Origin: Octopus bimaculoides
Taxonomy: Eukaryota
Direction of reading: 5' to 3'
Assembly: GCF_001194135.2 (NCBI RefSeq)
Contig: NC_068982.1
Location: 21,410,530-21,474,529 of the forward strand
DNA: 64,000 bases
The first letter of the stretch is position 1; the number at the start of each line of letters is the position of its first letter. The notes under the pieces are model-generated. The model ran no database searches, had not been told where the DNA came from, and saw only the letters and a list, made by a program, of their open reading frames with translations. Positions 1 through 12,324 of this stretch are shown piece after piece. The position numbers and the translations under genes were made by a program.

Positions 1-296
1 ATTTTGTTCGTTTTTTGTAATTTTGAATTTTTTTCGCCATGAACGGTTTGTGTTTTTAAACGGAATGTATTTTTTCTGATGTTATATCTGTTCCTGAATG
101 ATGTGTAAAGAAATTTTGATTTAAGCATCTTAATGAATTCTTTATACTGAAATATATATTGAAGAAGATAAATATGTTCTTTTGAATTTATACGTTTTTG
201 CGTCGTAACTCCTTTATTATTATTTATATATATATATATACATATGTCTATATATACATGTGTGTGTGTGTGTGTGTGTGTGTAAGCATGTCTATT

Positions 297-327
<31 letters not shown>

Positions 328-759
328 GCATGCGTCAATGTATGACTTCTGGTTCACCATCTTCTACCTAGATCAATTGTCAACACTTGACCCTGTCATT
401 ACAGCCATGAAATCTTATACCACACGGTGTAAAATATTGATTTGACAGCTGTGGCATGTATTTCGCAGAATTTCTCAAACTATGAAACGAAATGATCACA
501 GCAAATGGAAAACTATCTGCACAATCCCTCTTATTCAGTGAATTACTACAAGGTGTGGTTCTATGTCCTGTATCGTAATTACTATCTTTGTTAATCAACA
601 TTCCTGAACAAAAAGTTGTGCAGAAGACTCTAAATTATTGCTTGAGTTTAGGAGGATCAACCATATACATTTTCACAGGAGATAGACTGAGACAATATTT
701 ACAACAAATCGAATGACAGTACAATGTTAGTCATCACCATAAAATCGTACACTTGGCCT

Positions 760-947
760 CACCGGGTGAAATGCTTAGCGATATGTCCTCTGTCTTTACT
801 CTCTGAGTTCAAATCCCGCCGTGGTCGACCTTGCCTTTCATCCTTTCGGGGTTGATTAATTAAGTACCAGTTATGTCCTGGGTCGATCTATTCGACTGAC
901 CCTTCCCGAAAATGTTGGACCTTGTGCCTACAGTAGAAAAGATTATT
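760..947 (+). mobile_element. tRNA-derived SINE, family B (5'-truncated)
   Basis: Contains ctgagttcaaatcccgccgtggtcgaccttgcctttcatcctttcgggg (B-box-like gagttcaaat) and the tail ggaccttgtgcctacagtagaaaagattatt, shared with copies at 5447, 32333 and 32791. Confidence 0.85.
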
Positions 948-1099
948 TTCACGCCTTATAATCTTCTGTCCTTTGCACTTTGAGATATTACACGGAAACC
1001 TATGAAAAGCGGTTGCCCAAGCCTTACCTAAAATAACGCTTGAACGTACATCAGTGAAAATAATTGAATACGGGATACATTCTTTTTCATTTTCGATAT

Positions 1100-1401
1100 C
1101 TTATTTGCTTCAGTCATTGGATTATGGCCATGCTGGGGCATCACCATGGAGATTTTTGAGTCGAATGAATCAATTCCACTAATAGCACACGCACACACAC
1201 ACACAAACATAAACACGCGCATGTGCACATACATACACGACGGGTTTCTTTGAGCTTCATTCTGCCAAATCCACTCACGCAGCATTGCTTGGCCTGAGGC
1301 TATATTAAATGACAGTTATCCAATATATCACGCAGTGGCACTGAACCCGAAACCCTGCAGTTCGAAAGTAAACTGCTTACCACACAGCTACGTCTGCACC
1401 T
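1100..1401 (-). mobile_element. tRNA-derived SINE, family A (diverged)
   Basis: Reverse complement aligns by eye to the copy at 61678-62052: head aggtgcagacgtagctgtgtggtaagcagttt, internal (TG)n, and tail ccagcatggccataatccaatgactgaagcaaata. Confidence 0.8.
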
Positions 1402-2873
1402 ACTATGAAACATTTTCGAAAATTTTGTAGAAAAATTTAAGATACAAGAAAGATTACCTCTTCTTCAATTTTTCATATCAGAAAATAATACAACTTAATG
1501 CTTAAAAATATCCATAAATATATTTCCACCCCTCTCGAAATTTACATATTCTGCCAAATGTTTCCGCTGAGACATGTAGAATATATCTAGATGTATTTGC
1601 CCGAAACATACCAGATGAACTTTCTACAAATTTCTATAATGCGCAGAACAATCTCCACTAACAGATATTGAAAAATGCAACAAAATCTTTTCACATCTTC
1701 TGTACAAGCAGAAGGCACATTAAATACATATAACATTCTAAATTCATGTTGGTACGGTTGCATGCTGTTTTCGGTGATGAGTAAGAGAATGTAGAATACT
1801 GATAATGGAAATACACACACAAAAATATCTATCTTGATGTATGTGTGGGTGTTCATTCGAAATTTGTTCTATCGTGTGGTTTTCGTGTTAAAATCCCAAT
1901 ATAACTTACTTATATCCATTTGTTTATACAGTCAGATAGAAAATTCCATTTTTGTTGTTTGAAGTATTATAAACTAGCTGCCATGACTTTTAGAGAAAAT
2001 ACAAGTTTATCATGTAGTACGAATTGCCATTTATCACGAAATAACAATAACAAATAATAATAATCGATTACAATCACAAATTTCCTTACCATTTTATGTA
2101 TATTTTACCATAATCATTATTACTTTGTGTATATGTTTTTCGAATTTGTATGAATATGCATACACACACATACAAATTCATATATACGCTTATGAACTAG
2201 GTTTACATGCACATACGCACATGCAGATATATGCATATGTATTATAAACATGCATACATACACAAACACACACGCGGACACACGCGCGCGCGCGCACACA
2301 ACACACACACATGCTTGTGGGATTTGTATTTACAAACGAATGCGTCTATAAAAGTATATTTGTTTGTTTGTATTCGCTTACATTTCTCTACTAGATGTAA
2401 TTTATATGAGGTTGCGCTTAAGAGTTTGCAGATAAATATATGGAGATATGTACAAACTGCCAATTTATAATTCTGTTAATCTAGTTTATTGTAAGAGTTT
2501 TTCTTAAGTGTTTGTTTATGAATGTTTATCTCTCATTGCCCGCACATACCCAATTTCCTCCCCTCTTCTCTCTTTCTCACTGAAAATTTATATATATACA
2601 TACACACACTAACATTCATACATGTTGACGAGTAGTATATATTACTGATTATGACATATAACTGGGCTGAACGCTACCATCGGTCACACACTGAGTATCC
2701 GAACTAGGATATTATCGACGACTTGGTATATGTATTTTCTGAGAAGCTCGATGTTGTAAAATGGAATATGGAACAGACTTACGAATTCTTCCAGCAGGAA
2801 AAGAAGAGTTATTTCCCACTGATTGGTGTTTGCCATTAGTGTCTGCCATTACTGTCTCTCTCTCTTTCTCTCT

Positions 2874-2908
<35 letters not shown>

Positions 2909-3254
2909 NNNNNNNNNNNNNNNNNNNNNNNNNNNNNNNNNNNNNNNNNNNNNNNNNNNNNNNNNNNNNNNNNNNNNNNNNNNNNNNNNNNNNNNNNNNN
3001 NNNNNNNNNNNNNNNNNNNNNNNNNNNNNNNNNNNNNNNNNNNNNNNNNNNNNNNNNNNNNNNNNNNNNNNNNNNNNNNNNNNNNNNNNNNNNNNNNNNN
3101 NNNNNNNNNNNNNNNNNNNNNNNNNNNNNNNNNNNNNNNNNNNNNNNNNNNNNNNNNNNNNNNNNNNNNNNNNNNNNNNNNNNNNNNNNNNNNNNNNNNN
3201 NNNNNNNNNNNNNNNNNNNNNNNNNNNNNNNNNNNNNNNNNNNNNNNNNNNNNN

Positions 3255-3590
3255 CGGGAGAGTGATTCTTTTTTGTGTCTTATTATTTAACACACTTACA
3301 GGTTCAGTTTCCACTCTTTTGCTTTATTTTTTCGAAAACACTTTTTTTGCGTCTTCCCTTTCAATAGTCGTTGAATCTGTCCTTTAACCGAGCTGCGTTC
3401 TATTTGTTTCATAAAAACAATTATGAACTAGTAAAAAAGAACACGCAGCTTGAAGAACGGACACAGTCAACGACTATTGAAAAGTTGCCAAAACGGGACG
3501 AAAATTTTAGACAAAATAAAGAAGTAAAGGAGAGAAAACTGAACCAGTGAGTGTGTTAAATAATAAGGTACAAAAGGAGAATGACACTCC
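3255..3590. repeat. Foldback element, about 150-bp inverted arms
   Basis: 3256-3403 is the reverse complement of about 3440-3590 (e.g. cttattatttaacacact/agtgtgttaaataataag and ttcaatagtcgttga/tcaacgactattgaa). The left arm runs into an N-gap. Confidence 0.8.
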
Positions 3591-4291
3591 AGACACAATA
3601 CAATATGCTTCGAACATTCGAACACACACACACACAACTATATACGTATATATAAATAGACACACAAGGGATGCTGAAAATTTCCTGGCTTTAAGCATAT
3701 TCCAAAAGGCCTAGCTGGAGGTCCAAACTTTCCGAGTTCTTTTACAGGGCTTAGAAAAACTGAAGGACCTCAGGAATAAGAATCAGAATCTGAGAGGTGA
3801 ATATGTTCAAGAAAATCATAATTAACTCATCCTCCTGTATTTTCTTTAACCCAAAGCAAGGAACTTTTCAGCGCCATCTTGTGCGCTCAATCAAATTTCG
3901 ATTGAAGTCAAGATTAAGTTTATCCGATGTAGTAAAATCCGAAAATTAGGTACTGAAGATCATCGTCGGAAGGACGCGCGCACACACACACATATACACA
4001 CACGGTCACAGTTTCTCCACTTCCTTGTCTTTCTTTTCCATTCTCTATCCCTATTCCCGTTTCTCACTCATAGACGAGCCCGTTAAAATTAACCACAGGA
4101 ATATTATTTGGGATTATCCCTTTGTTTTTACGTTTATATATTCGTTTTGCAAGATTCTTGACGTGAAATCGTGTGTTGAAACAGATAGTGTTGTATTTGG
4201 GGATGGTCATGCCAGTTTAGCCAATGAAAACACACGCACTATATATATGGTGTTAATTTGCTTCAGCTTTATTTTGCATTAATGGTATTTC

Positions 4292-4336
4292 GGCTAAAGT
4301 TCTTTCGTCACACTTCTGTGACCTCATCAGTTGTCC
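4292..4336 (-). ncRNA. Minimal type I hammerhead ribozyme motif, twin copy with weakened stem I
   Basis: Minus strand reads ggacaa CTGATGA g gtcac agaagt gtgac GAAA gaac T T tagcc. The core is intact but stem I is mismatched. Confidence 0.4.
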
Positions 4337-4487
4337 TTTGCTTTCTTCTTTCCTATTTGTGTCTCTTTCCTTTCCTTCAGCCATTTTGTATTTTATATTC
4401 CTTTTGTATGTGTCTTTAGGAATACAAAATACAAAATGACTGATCTTTATTAAGGAAGGAGACACAAGTAAGAAAGAAGAAAGCAAA

Positions 4488-4532
4488 GGACCACTGATGA
4501 GGTCACAGAGGTGTGACGAAAGAACTCTGGCC
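4488..4532 (+). ncRNA. Minimal type I hammerhead ribozyme motif
   Basis: ggacca CTGATGA(4494-4500) g gtcac agaggt gtgac GAAA(4518-4521) gaac T C(4527) tggcc. It has a full core, a 5-bp stem II, stem I ggacca/tggcc with one bulge, and a 2-bp stem III. Predicted cleavage is after C4527. Confidence 0.55.
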
Positions 4533-5415
4533 GAAATACGATGAATGTAAAATAAAGCTGAAGCAAATTAACACCAAATATATAGGGCGTGTATCTTTAT
4601 TGGTTAAACTGGCAACATGACTATCCCCAAATACAACAATACCTTTGTTTTTAGTTTTTGATGAAAACCATTTTCTTTTGGTATTTTGTGCTCATCATGA
4701 ATACTAGGCATTCCTCTACTTATCACATTTTGACGTGTCAGCGTAATGTAGGAGTGAACTTGGCGTATGTTTATGTGGGGGCGGGGGCTGCGTGTATAAA
4801 TTATCTGTGTCACATCTACTGTTTCCAACGTTTATCAATGCACGGAATTATTTTAACGCCGAGTAATATCTGAGCGTTAAATAGGATTTGAAGTTACAAG
4901 CATGACGGAATAATTCCGCCATGTTTGTTTGTGGTTTGTTTACATTCTCATTCTCAGCTTCATACCGTATTCAAACTATTTTGTTCATCCTAGCAACATC
5001 AGTTTATTTTGTTTTCTTGTTCTAATTCATTGTATTGCATTCCTCTTTAATCCTATTGTTTTTGTTTCAGCTAAATCTGACCTCACTTCTAATCGTGTAT
5101 TGTTCGGTGTTGCATTACATCTAAACGCTCAACAGTCATCGAACAGCAACGTTTTAGCTACTTAATACGAGATTTGTTTGCTTCAATGCAATTCTCATTG
5201 TTTTCTTTTATCTTTCTGAAACACTTTATTTTCAGCAGTTCAAAATCAGTTTAGCTAACCTATTGAATAATTGAGCACATCACCACCATGAAACCCAGCA
5301 GGTGAGGATCCTCATGAATATCTATTACACGCATCCTTTGTATTCTGCGTACTCGCATTACTTTTTTCAAGCAAATGAATTTCTGTTGCGAGGATTTCTT
5401 GTTTCTGCTGTCGAT

Positions 5416-5835
5416 TGGCAGAAACGGTAGAACGTGGTGACTAGAAAAGGCGGCGAGCTGGCAGAAACGTTAGCACGCCTGGCAACATGCTTAGTGGTAT
5501 TTTGTCTGCCGCTACGTTCTGAGTTCAAATTCCGCCGAGGTCGACTTTGCCTTTCATCCTTTCGGGGTCGATTAAATAAATAAGTACCAGTTACGCTCTG
5601 GGGTCGATATAATCCACTTAATCCGTTTGTCTGTCCGTGTTTGTCCCCTCTGTGTGTAGCCCCTTGTGGGCAGTAAAGTAATAAGAAACGGTAAAACGTA
5701 GAATAACATGCTGGTTGTAGTGAGTAGCTGTTCTTCACATTTTGAGTTCAACTCCCTACAGAGTAAAATTAAATTTCATATCTTTCTGAGAGGATGAAAT
5801 AAATAACAGTCAAATAACTGAATCGTTATAATGTG
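5416..5835 (+). mobile_element. Older, diverged family-B SINE split by the younger copy
   Basis: tggcagaaacggtagaacgtgg lies before the insertion and agaaacggtaaaacgtagaataacatgc...ttttgagttcaactccc...tttcatatctttc after it. Both align loosely to the family-B head and body. Confidence 0.55.
5447..5683 (+). mobile_element. tRNA-derived SINE, family B, full length
   Basis: Head aaggcggcgagctggcagaaacgttagcacgcc (A-box-like tggcagaaacgt), B-box-like gagttcaaattcc, and tail agccccttgtgggcagtaaag. Confidence 0.9.
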
Positions 5836-7644
5836 CTTCCTAAAATACGAATGCATGGAACCTATGTTAAAGATAAATATTGTTCTTTGTATTGACGGAA
5901 AAAGGTTAGTAGGATGCTGAACAGCGTGTTTTCAGTGTTTAGTTGCAACTCAATGTAAGCTGAGTTGAAAAGACACAAGGATAAACTTTATGCTATTCCG
6001 TAGTCAATCACTAAAATACCACCCGACTAAAGCGGTGTAACTCATATAAACGGTTCTTCCAGGACACATTATCAGTGGGATAGAATCTCAGTTAGTTGCT
6101 CACTGGGTATTTGCACTGGAAATAGGCCTACTTCTCCATTGTAATCAAATCCTACGTTTCAGCAAATACCCATGGATTGGGATTTCTTATCGACACGGAA
6201 CAAAAGCAAAACATAGGTGACCAGAGAAAATTTCGAGCTCATAGCCTGAAATAATACGGCAGTTATACAATCCGACACTCTAAGGAATCTGATAATTAAT
6301 TGCTTTAATTGAATTCACCTTTGTGTACATATAATGAATTAATATTACAGTGTATACAAAATACTATATGTCATGTTATTACAGTGTTTGTCTGTTACAG
6401 TATCCTCAGTTCTTTCCTTTGATATTTCTAATTTCTTTAGTCGTTCATAATCCTGAATTAGTGCTTTGCTTGCAATCTTCAGTTTATGAAATTTAGTCCC
6501 CTCATAAGAAAAATATAGACAACTATCAATCGTATATATCTGATATTATTTTATTTATATGAGAGCAAATAACACCAATGAAGCCATCAATATGCAATAT
6601 TCTTCTCAGAATAGGTTCAGTATACAGGAATCCAATCACTAATTAGTCCTAGAATAAAATGAAAAGAGATAAGCTTAAGTTCCAAGCGTACTTCCGAGGC
6701 TTATATTTCAAAGGAGCAATAAGTTGAAATAATAAGCCTCTACACGTCCATTCAACCTGCTAATATTAGCAGTTAAATTTTCCTCAAACATCATAACTGC
6801 ATTAGAATCAGTCAGGTGAAATGCTGGATAATTTAGTCCGGTTTATGTTATGGAGTAAAGAAGTTTGCATATCATGTCTAGGATCACAATGTCCTCGATA
6901 AGAAATAAACGATCGAAACAGCAAGAACACCAATGATTGGGTAACACATATGCCTCATTTAGTTTATATCGCTAAAATTTTAAAAATTGCAGACTGTTAA
7001 TTAACGTCACTAAAATTCATGTAGAAAATAGCTCCAATATTGTTTTGCATGTAGAGAGCCGCAAGTCAATGCAGCAGGTATAATGGTTCATGCAATCAAA
7101 TTTTAGTACACTACATATTCGTTTAGCGAATTGAATTCATATATGAATGCAAATAGGCAACAAAAGTTAATATCAACCAAAATGTGTAGCTTTAGTAATA
7201 CAAATTGAATCGCGGCCGTGTATAAAGGATTTAGCTACCAGCTAAATCCTCCTGTAATTTTGCACATCTGATATGTAATGACTGGAACGAATAGCCAGGT
7301 GTTAAAAGTATTTCTCGATTTATAATTATGTCCATTAACAGATTAACTTTCACAGTACAATTGCCAAGAACACTAAAGATCAACCTTCATGTAATTTCAC
7401 ATCCCACCTTAATATCACATTGTAAGCAGTAATAATACGAAATCGGCATTGTATATTGTTTACGATAGTTCGGTAACAAAAACGAGAAATGTAAATGCTG
7501 CACATTTCCAGAAGAGAAATAACAACGCATTTCACATAAACAGGATTATAAAATAAATGTAGTTACTTTATAGAGTTAAGCTTTCCAGTAAATTTTTAAA
7601 TGTTTATGTCACTAGGTATGTAAATGCAATTTATTTTTGACGTT

Positions 7645-7961
7645 TTAGGTTGGCAAAATGATTGTAGATATTGTAGCTGAGAAATTGCGAAAATTAGATC
7701 CATTGACAGAAAATGTTTCATAGCCAACTTCTTTATATTCATGAGAACGTTCAAAAGACATTACTACCAATTTTAAGTTCACAATACAATCTGAATTTCC
7801 GGTTGAAGCCAATTCACTTTGCTTATATCCGTAACTGACGAGCATACTAGAATTACTTAACCCTTCCTCTTTAAATGAAGAAATTATTATTTCGAGTTGA
7901 TAATCCATACGGTCATTGATAATCAACTGCTGGATAAGGTAATGGATGTAGGAAAATATCT
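7645..7961 (-). CDS. Candidate terminal coding exon, unknown product
   Basis: Acceptor tttcttttttccccacaag| is followed by a phase-1 open frame of 105 codons (EIFSYIHYLIQQLIINDRMDYQLEIIISSF...TIILPT*). No family recognised, and a few ORFs this long are expected by chance. Confidence 0.2.
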
Positions 7962-10900
7962 CTTGTGGGGAAAAAAGAAACACTCTGTGTTTTTAGTGAA
8001 TTTATTATAGAATTTTCAGTTAGAATATCACTTGTAAATATATTACTGTTGGTAGATATTAAGTATTTTATTATTCGAACTAAGAGCTAAAATTATTATG
8101 TAAGCATCAATTCATATTAAGAGCTCATCATACCACGTAAGTACCAAATTATTCATGAATAATACTACATGTGTATTTGCCTCTTGCATCGTATCCTGGT
8201 TTTGGGATGCCTATTTGTTTTCATTCTTCATACTACTTACCGAAGAACTACAAAAGTTGTTTTCTATTTGTGTTTAGAGGGAAGAAGCGAACACCTGAAA
8301 ATTCTTCCTTTTTAGCTTCAAAGTTAATTGTGTATCTAATATCACACATTTCATGATTTTACATGGGTTATTCTCAAAATACTATTTCTGATAATTCCCC
8401 ATTACCTTCATTCAAATCCGTAAAAATCAACCCATAATTGAAACAGAAGCTCTCACAACCTTCTTCGCGTAGCTGATATGAGGATGTGAAATTGGAAATC
8501 TCGGGTAGCAAAACGTTTCTGAAATATTTGCGTATAAGTTTTGTTACACAAGCGTAAGATTATTTTTGTATATTTATAATTCTAGTATATATTGAGATAG
8601 GAAATATAATTTTAAACATACTAGCCATGCACACGTTGCAGCACAACATCTCTCATGTGTACTATTTAGCAATATTGACACCTACATCGACATTCCGTCA
8701 AGTTGGTCAGCTGTAACCGTTGATTATTATTTAGTGATATATATTTAGGTGTTTTTGTAAGAAATTAGTAATGTGTCCGACATCCAATCAGAATCCAAAA
8801 CAAAAAGTAAAAACAAATAAAAATTAATATATTCAACTCTTCTCCAATGCCATCAATAAATACACGACTGAACTTCAGCTGCAAATAAAGTTAGGCAGCC
8901 AAAATTTCCATCATTTCCTTCAGCCATTTTAATGATAAATATCTCATTATTTTACTGTTCTGTTCCGTGTTAGAACTTCATTTTCAACATCATTTTCAGA
9001 AGACTCTATTCACAAAGTTTTAATTGACTGAGATTTTTCGGAAATTTTTAGAAGCTACACGCTAATTAAGTATTTCCTATATTGATCTTGCTAATGGCTG
9101 CTTTTGTATGTGTGCTCATTCTTGGAATCACATCTATTAAAACCGAAGGCTAATAACTAACCGTTTGAAATTCCAAAGTTATACTTTACCGTTTCTCTCC
9201 AAAATTGAATAAAGAAAATAAATGTTTTGAATTACTCTAGTTTCTATTCAATAATTCACAGATGGCGCTAATTTTCTGTTTATAACTACGTTAACCATTT
9301 AAAACAAGCTTACACAAGAATAGATTTTATCACAATAATAAAATTAGCCAAGTAGACCTTGAATAGTATCAGTTACTTTTCTATTCGTCTTTATTCTTAT
9401 TTGTGTATATTTATTTATATATTTATTTCGACAATTTCAAACGAGACAAAAAAGGAAATTACTCGTCTCTGTATTGATTAGTTTGAGTGATCGACCAACT
9501 GTCGTTGTTCAGCATCTGTTGAAAGAATCAGTTGTTTTGTATCATTGTCTACTTGTTCAATATCTTTGTTAGCTCTACGTCATTTTTTCTTCTTCTTTCT
9601 TTTTTTTTTACATATTTAGAATGATTTCCTTTTTCTTTCCAGTCTTGGGCGCCATCTTTAATGAGTCGATTCCGTCTAGAACAGGACAAAAAGAAAAGAG
9701 AGATTGAGATGGAAATATTTTCATTTACTTTTATATTATAGGCAGCAATTGATTTACAGGTAGTGATGCATTTTTTTTTCTAATCTTTAAGTAGTGTCTT
9801 TGTCGTTTACCCATTAAGTTCATAGGGCTAATTTGATAAGTGGTTTATACGGTTATTGATAATAAGGTCACAAACTTTCGGCTCTCTTGATACACTGAAA
9901 GAGAATAAGAAATGTTCTCAACTACAACATTGCAGTGAAAACATACGAGCTTGCAGCCGGGACTTGTTTCTTTATCCTGTGTATAAATAGTACATGTTTT
10001 AGAATACACGTTCCCATTCTCAGGATAGCAGAATGTTATTTTCTTATATATATTTCAGAGTATCCGCATAAGTTATTCGCAGCAGCTCCGTTGATACAAA
10101 TGATACTACAACCCATGTTGTAAAGGATTCTTATCAGCTCTGTGTAGTGTCCTTTTGAACGGTATTTAATTCTTGATTATCCTGAATATATTTGTTATAA
10201 GAATTATCAAGTAAAAGTCAAACACGAAATTACTTCTCTATTGATTAGTTGCCTTTTCGACTCATTGTCATTGTTCAATATCTATTGAGGGAATCATTTA
10301 TGCTGTATCAACGTCTGATAAAAATCGTTGCCAGTAATCTTTTGTTTATCGTTTTCCATATAGATATGTTCGTTTTTTTTCTTTTATATACTTTAGCTCT
10401 ATACTGTTTAGTATTCACTATTATACAATGTGTAAGGGAAAAGCCTCAGTGGGTTTGAAGTTCTGAGCTCAAGTGCATTTATAAATATGACGAAAACAAA
10501 AGTAAAACATTATGGTGTCTCCACTCTTAAATTATTAATTGGATATTAAGTCTCAATGGTGTCACATTTATATTCACGAAGAGATGGAGGAAAATATATC
10601 TCTCACAAAATAGCTCGCGTCAGCGTGTCTACTAGTAAAGTTGAACGCGATAGTTATAACATAAGTTTTAGCCTGATATGAATGATTTACCCATGAATGA
10701 TTTAATATTACAATATTAAATGGGATTTCAATATTTACTATTAACTCCGCCAGGAAATTCATAATAAAAATCATGCAGTGTTGATTGAATCTTTCATTCT
10801 TACGAAGCTGATACAGAGATACCAGCAATTTAGTCAAACATATTCAATCATCTTTATCACATCTCCTTGACAGAACTTGGAATTGTGCGTACATATAAGA

Positions 10901-11470
10901 TTAATATAAGTGAACTCTTAGAAAGAACAGGTTATGGATATATTATATCTCATCAGAAACACCGTTACTATACAGCGGAAAATTTAATCTAATATTTTAT
11001 TTGTGTTTTCTTATGGACAGGATAGAAGTAGTTATTTGGTTTTGAACATGCCCCATTTGCTTCGCTCCGAGCAAAATATGTTTACCATTGCTTCAACACC
11101 CCTGCATTATATTACCATTATTACCGACGTCATTCTGAGACGCCACCATCACATCTAGTAACGTACATAGAGGAACCAGAAGCAATATTAGCTAAAATTC
11201 ATACATATCAACAGAAATGTGATTTATCTTTCAGCTCAGCTATTCCTCTGACTATGCTTTCATCTCGTCTACATATCGATTTCTCATATTTTACAATAAT
11301 GTTTGTTTACCTTTCATCTGTAATATATTTATTTATACAACAATCCCTCTTTGTTGTGTCTCTGTTTGCCTATCATTTATACATTCTATATTTATGCAAC
11401 AATTCCATTATTTCCTATCAACTTTCTATAAATAACTGAGAATAGGTTTGACGAAAGTGGAAAAAGAAGT

Positions 11471-11677
11471 ATTATGCATATGAAATCCCATTTCCCGCGT
11501 GAATCTAGATGCATATTATTAATGTTGCTATGTTCAGTAGAAACCTGAGGTCATTTCGTTGGCGCACGCTACTTCAGAACGGCTAAATCATCAGTATTTC
11601 ATATTTAGCTTCGCTAAAATTAAAATATTACTTATGCAATTAAAGACTCATTAATTAATGTATGAAGTGAGTTTATT
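11471..11677 (+). repeat. 207-bp direct repeat, copy 1
   Basis: Matches 12814-13020 with about 15 substitutions and no indels (manual count). Confidence 0.92.
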
Positions 11678-12127
11678 CAAAGTATCTATTTGTACATATT
11701 GTATTTTTAGTAGACACAAGGGTTAGTTTGGTACAGAAGCAGTATAAACAATTGATTTGACATCAGTAATATCAATTATGTATATTAAAATGTGCTAGTA
11801 ATTTATTTAATGAAGAGTAAATTAGTAATCATCAAACTATTTCTAGATAACGATTCCAAGATAATATATTTCAACCATTGCAAAACCATGCATGCTCCAA
11901 GCACTTGTGAAATTATTCTGATTACGTAAAATACATTTCTGAACGCAATAACATTCATAAACCTATACACATAGCTGCCTTTCACTACGCAAAGAAAGAA
12001 CATATTTACATATAAAAGGCAGAAATAGTACATTGGTTTCTAATACAGGTACAAACCAGTAAAGAAAAGTGAAGGAGAGGCTTTTCATTAGCGCAGAATG
12101 TAAAATAAATACAAATACGACCTGGAC

Positions 12128-12262
12128 GAAATTAAAACCTGGGCTCTCATTCCTAAGTTATTTTTCGATGTTATCATTATTATTATTCAGATCACTGCCT
12201 GGAACCGATCTCAGAATCTGTGGATTATTAGCCCGCGCTCTTAACCACTCCGCCATATGCTC
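12128..12262 (-). mobile_element. tRNA-headed short element (5' part)
   Basis: Minus strand: tggcggagtggttaagagcgcgggct (A-box) ... gagatcggttccaggcagtg (degenerate B-box), then (AAT)n and catcgaaaaataacttaggaatgagagcccaggtt. Confidence 0.7.
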
Positions 12263-12324
12263 GTGAGCAATTATTTAGTGTATTTTAGGGCTTATAAATC
12301 TAATATTTTCCTATCCTTCCTTAA

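Larger units (their letters stand above)
4189..4638. repeat. Foldback element, about 215-bp arms, 15-nt loop, carrying hammerhead motifs
   Basis: 4189-4402 vs reverse complement of 4418-4638 is roughly 85-90% identical by eye with 2 small indels. Loop is 4403-4417. Confidence 0.92.

Noticed and set aside
2651-2839. 62-codon frame with a single TAG (MTYNWAERYHRS...*DIIDDLVYVFSEKLDVVKW...)
   Set aside because: No splice sites or recognisable family. Many frames of this length are expected by chance in 64 kb.
10574-10837. ORF with a GPCR-TM2-like stretch (IFIMNFLAELIVNIEIPF)
   Set aside because: Lacks the NLAxxD motif and the downstream Cys and DRY. Hydrophobic chance ORFs are common in AT-rich DNA.
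11545-11600. CTGATGA...CGAAA on the minus strand of the 207-bp repeat (also CTGANGA hits near 3955, 10960, 34367, 43927 and 61083)
   Set aside because: No closing stem II directly followed by GAAA, or no stem I/III, so these are not hammerheads.
12187-12258. tRNA-like sequences here and at SINE heads as tRNA genes
   Set aside because: A/B boxes are degenerate, there is no complete cloverleaf, and they continue into repeat bodies.
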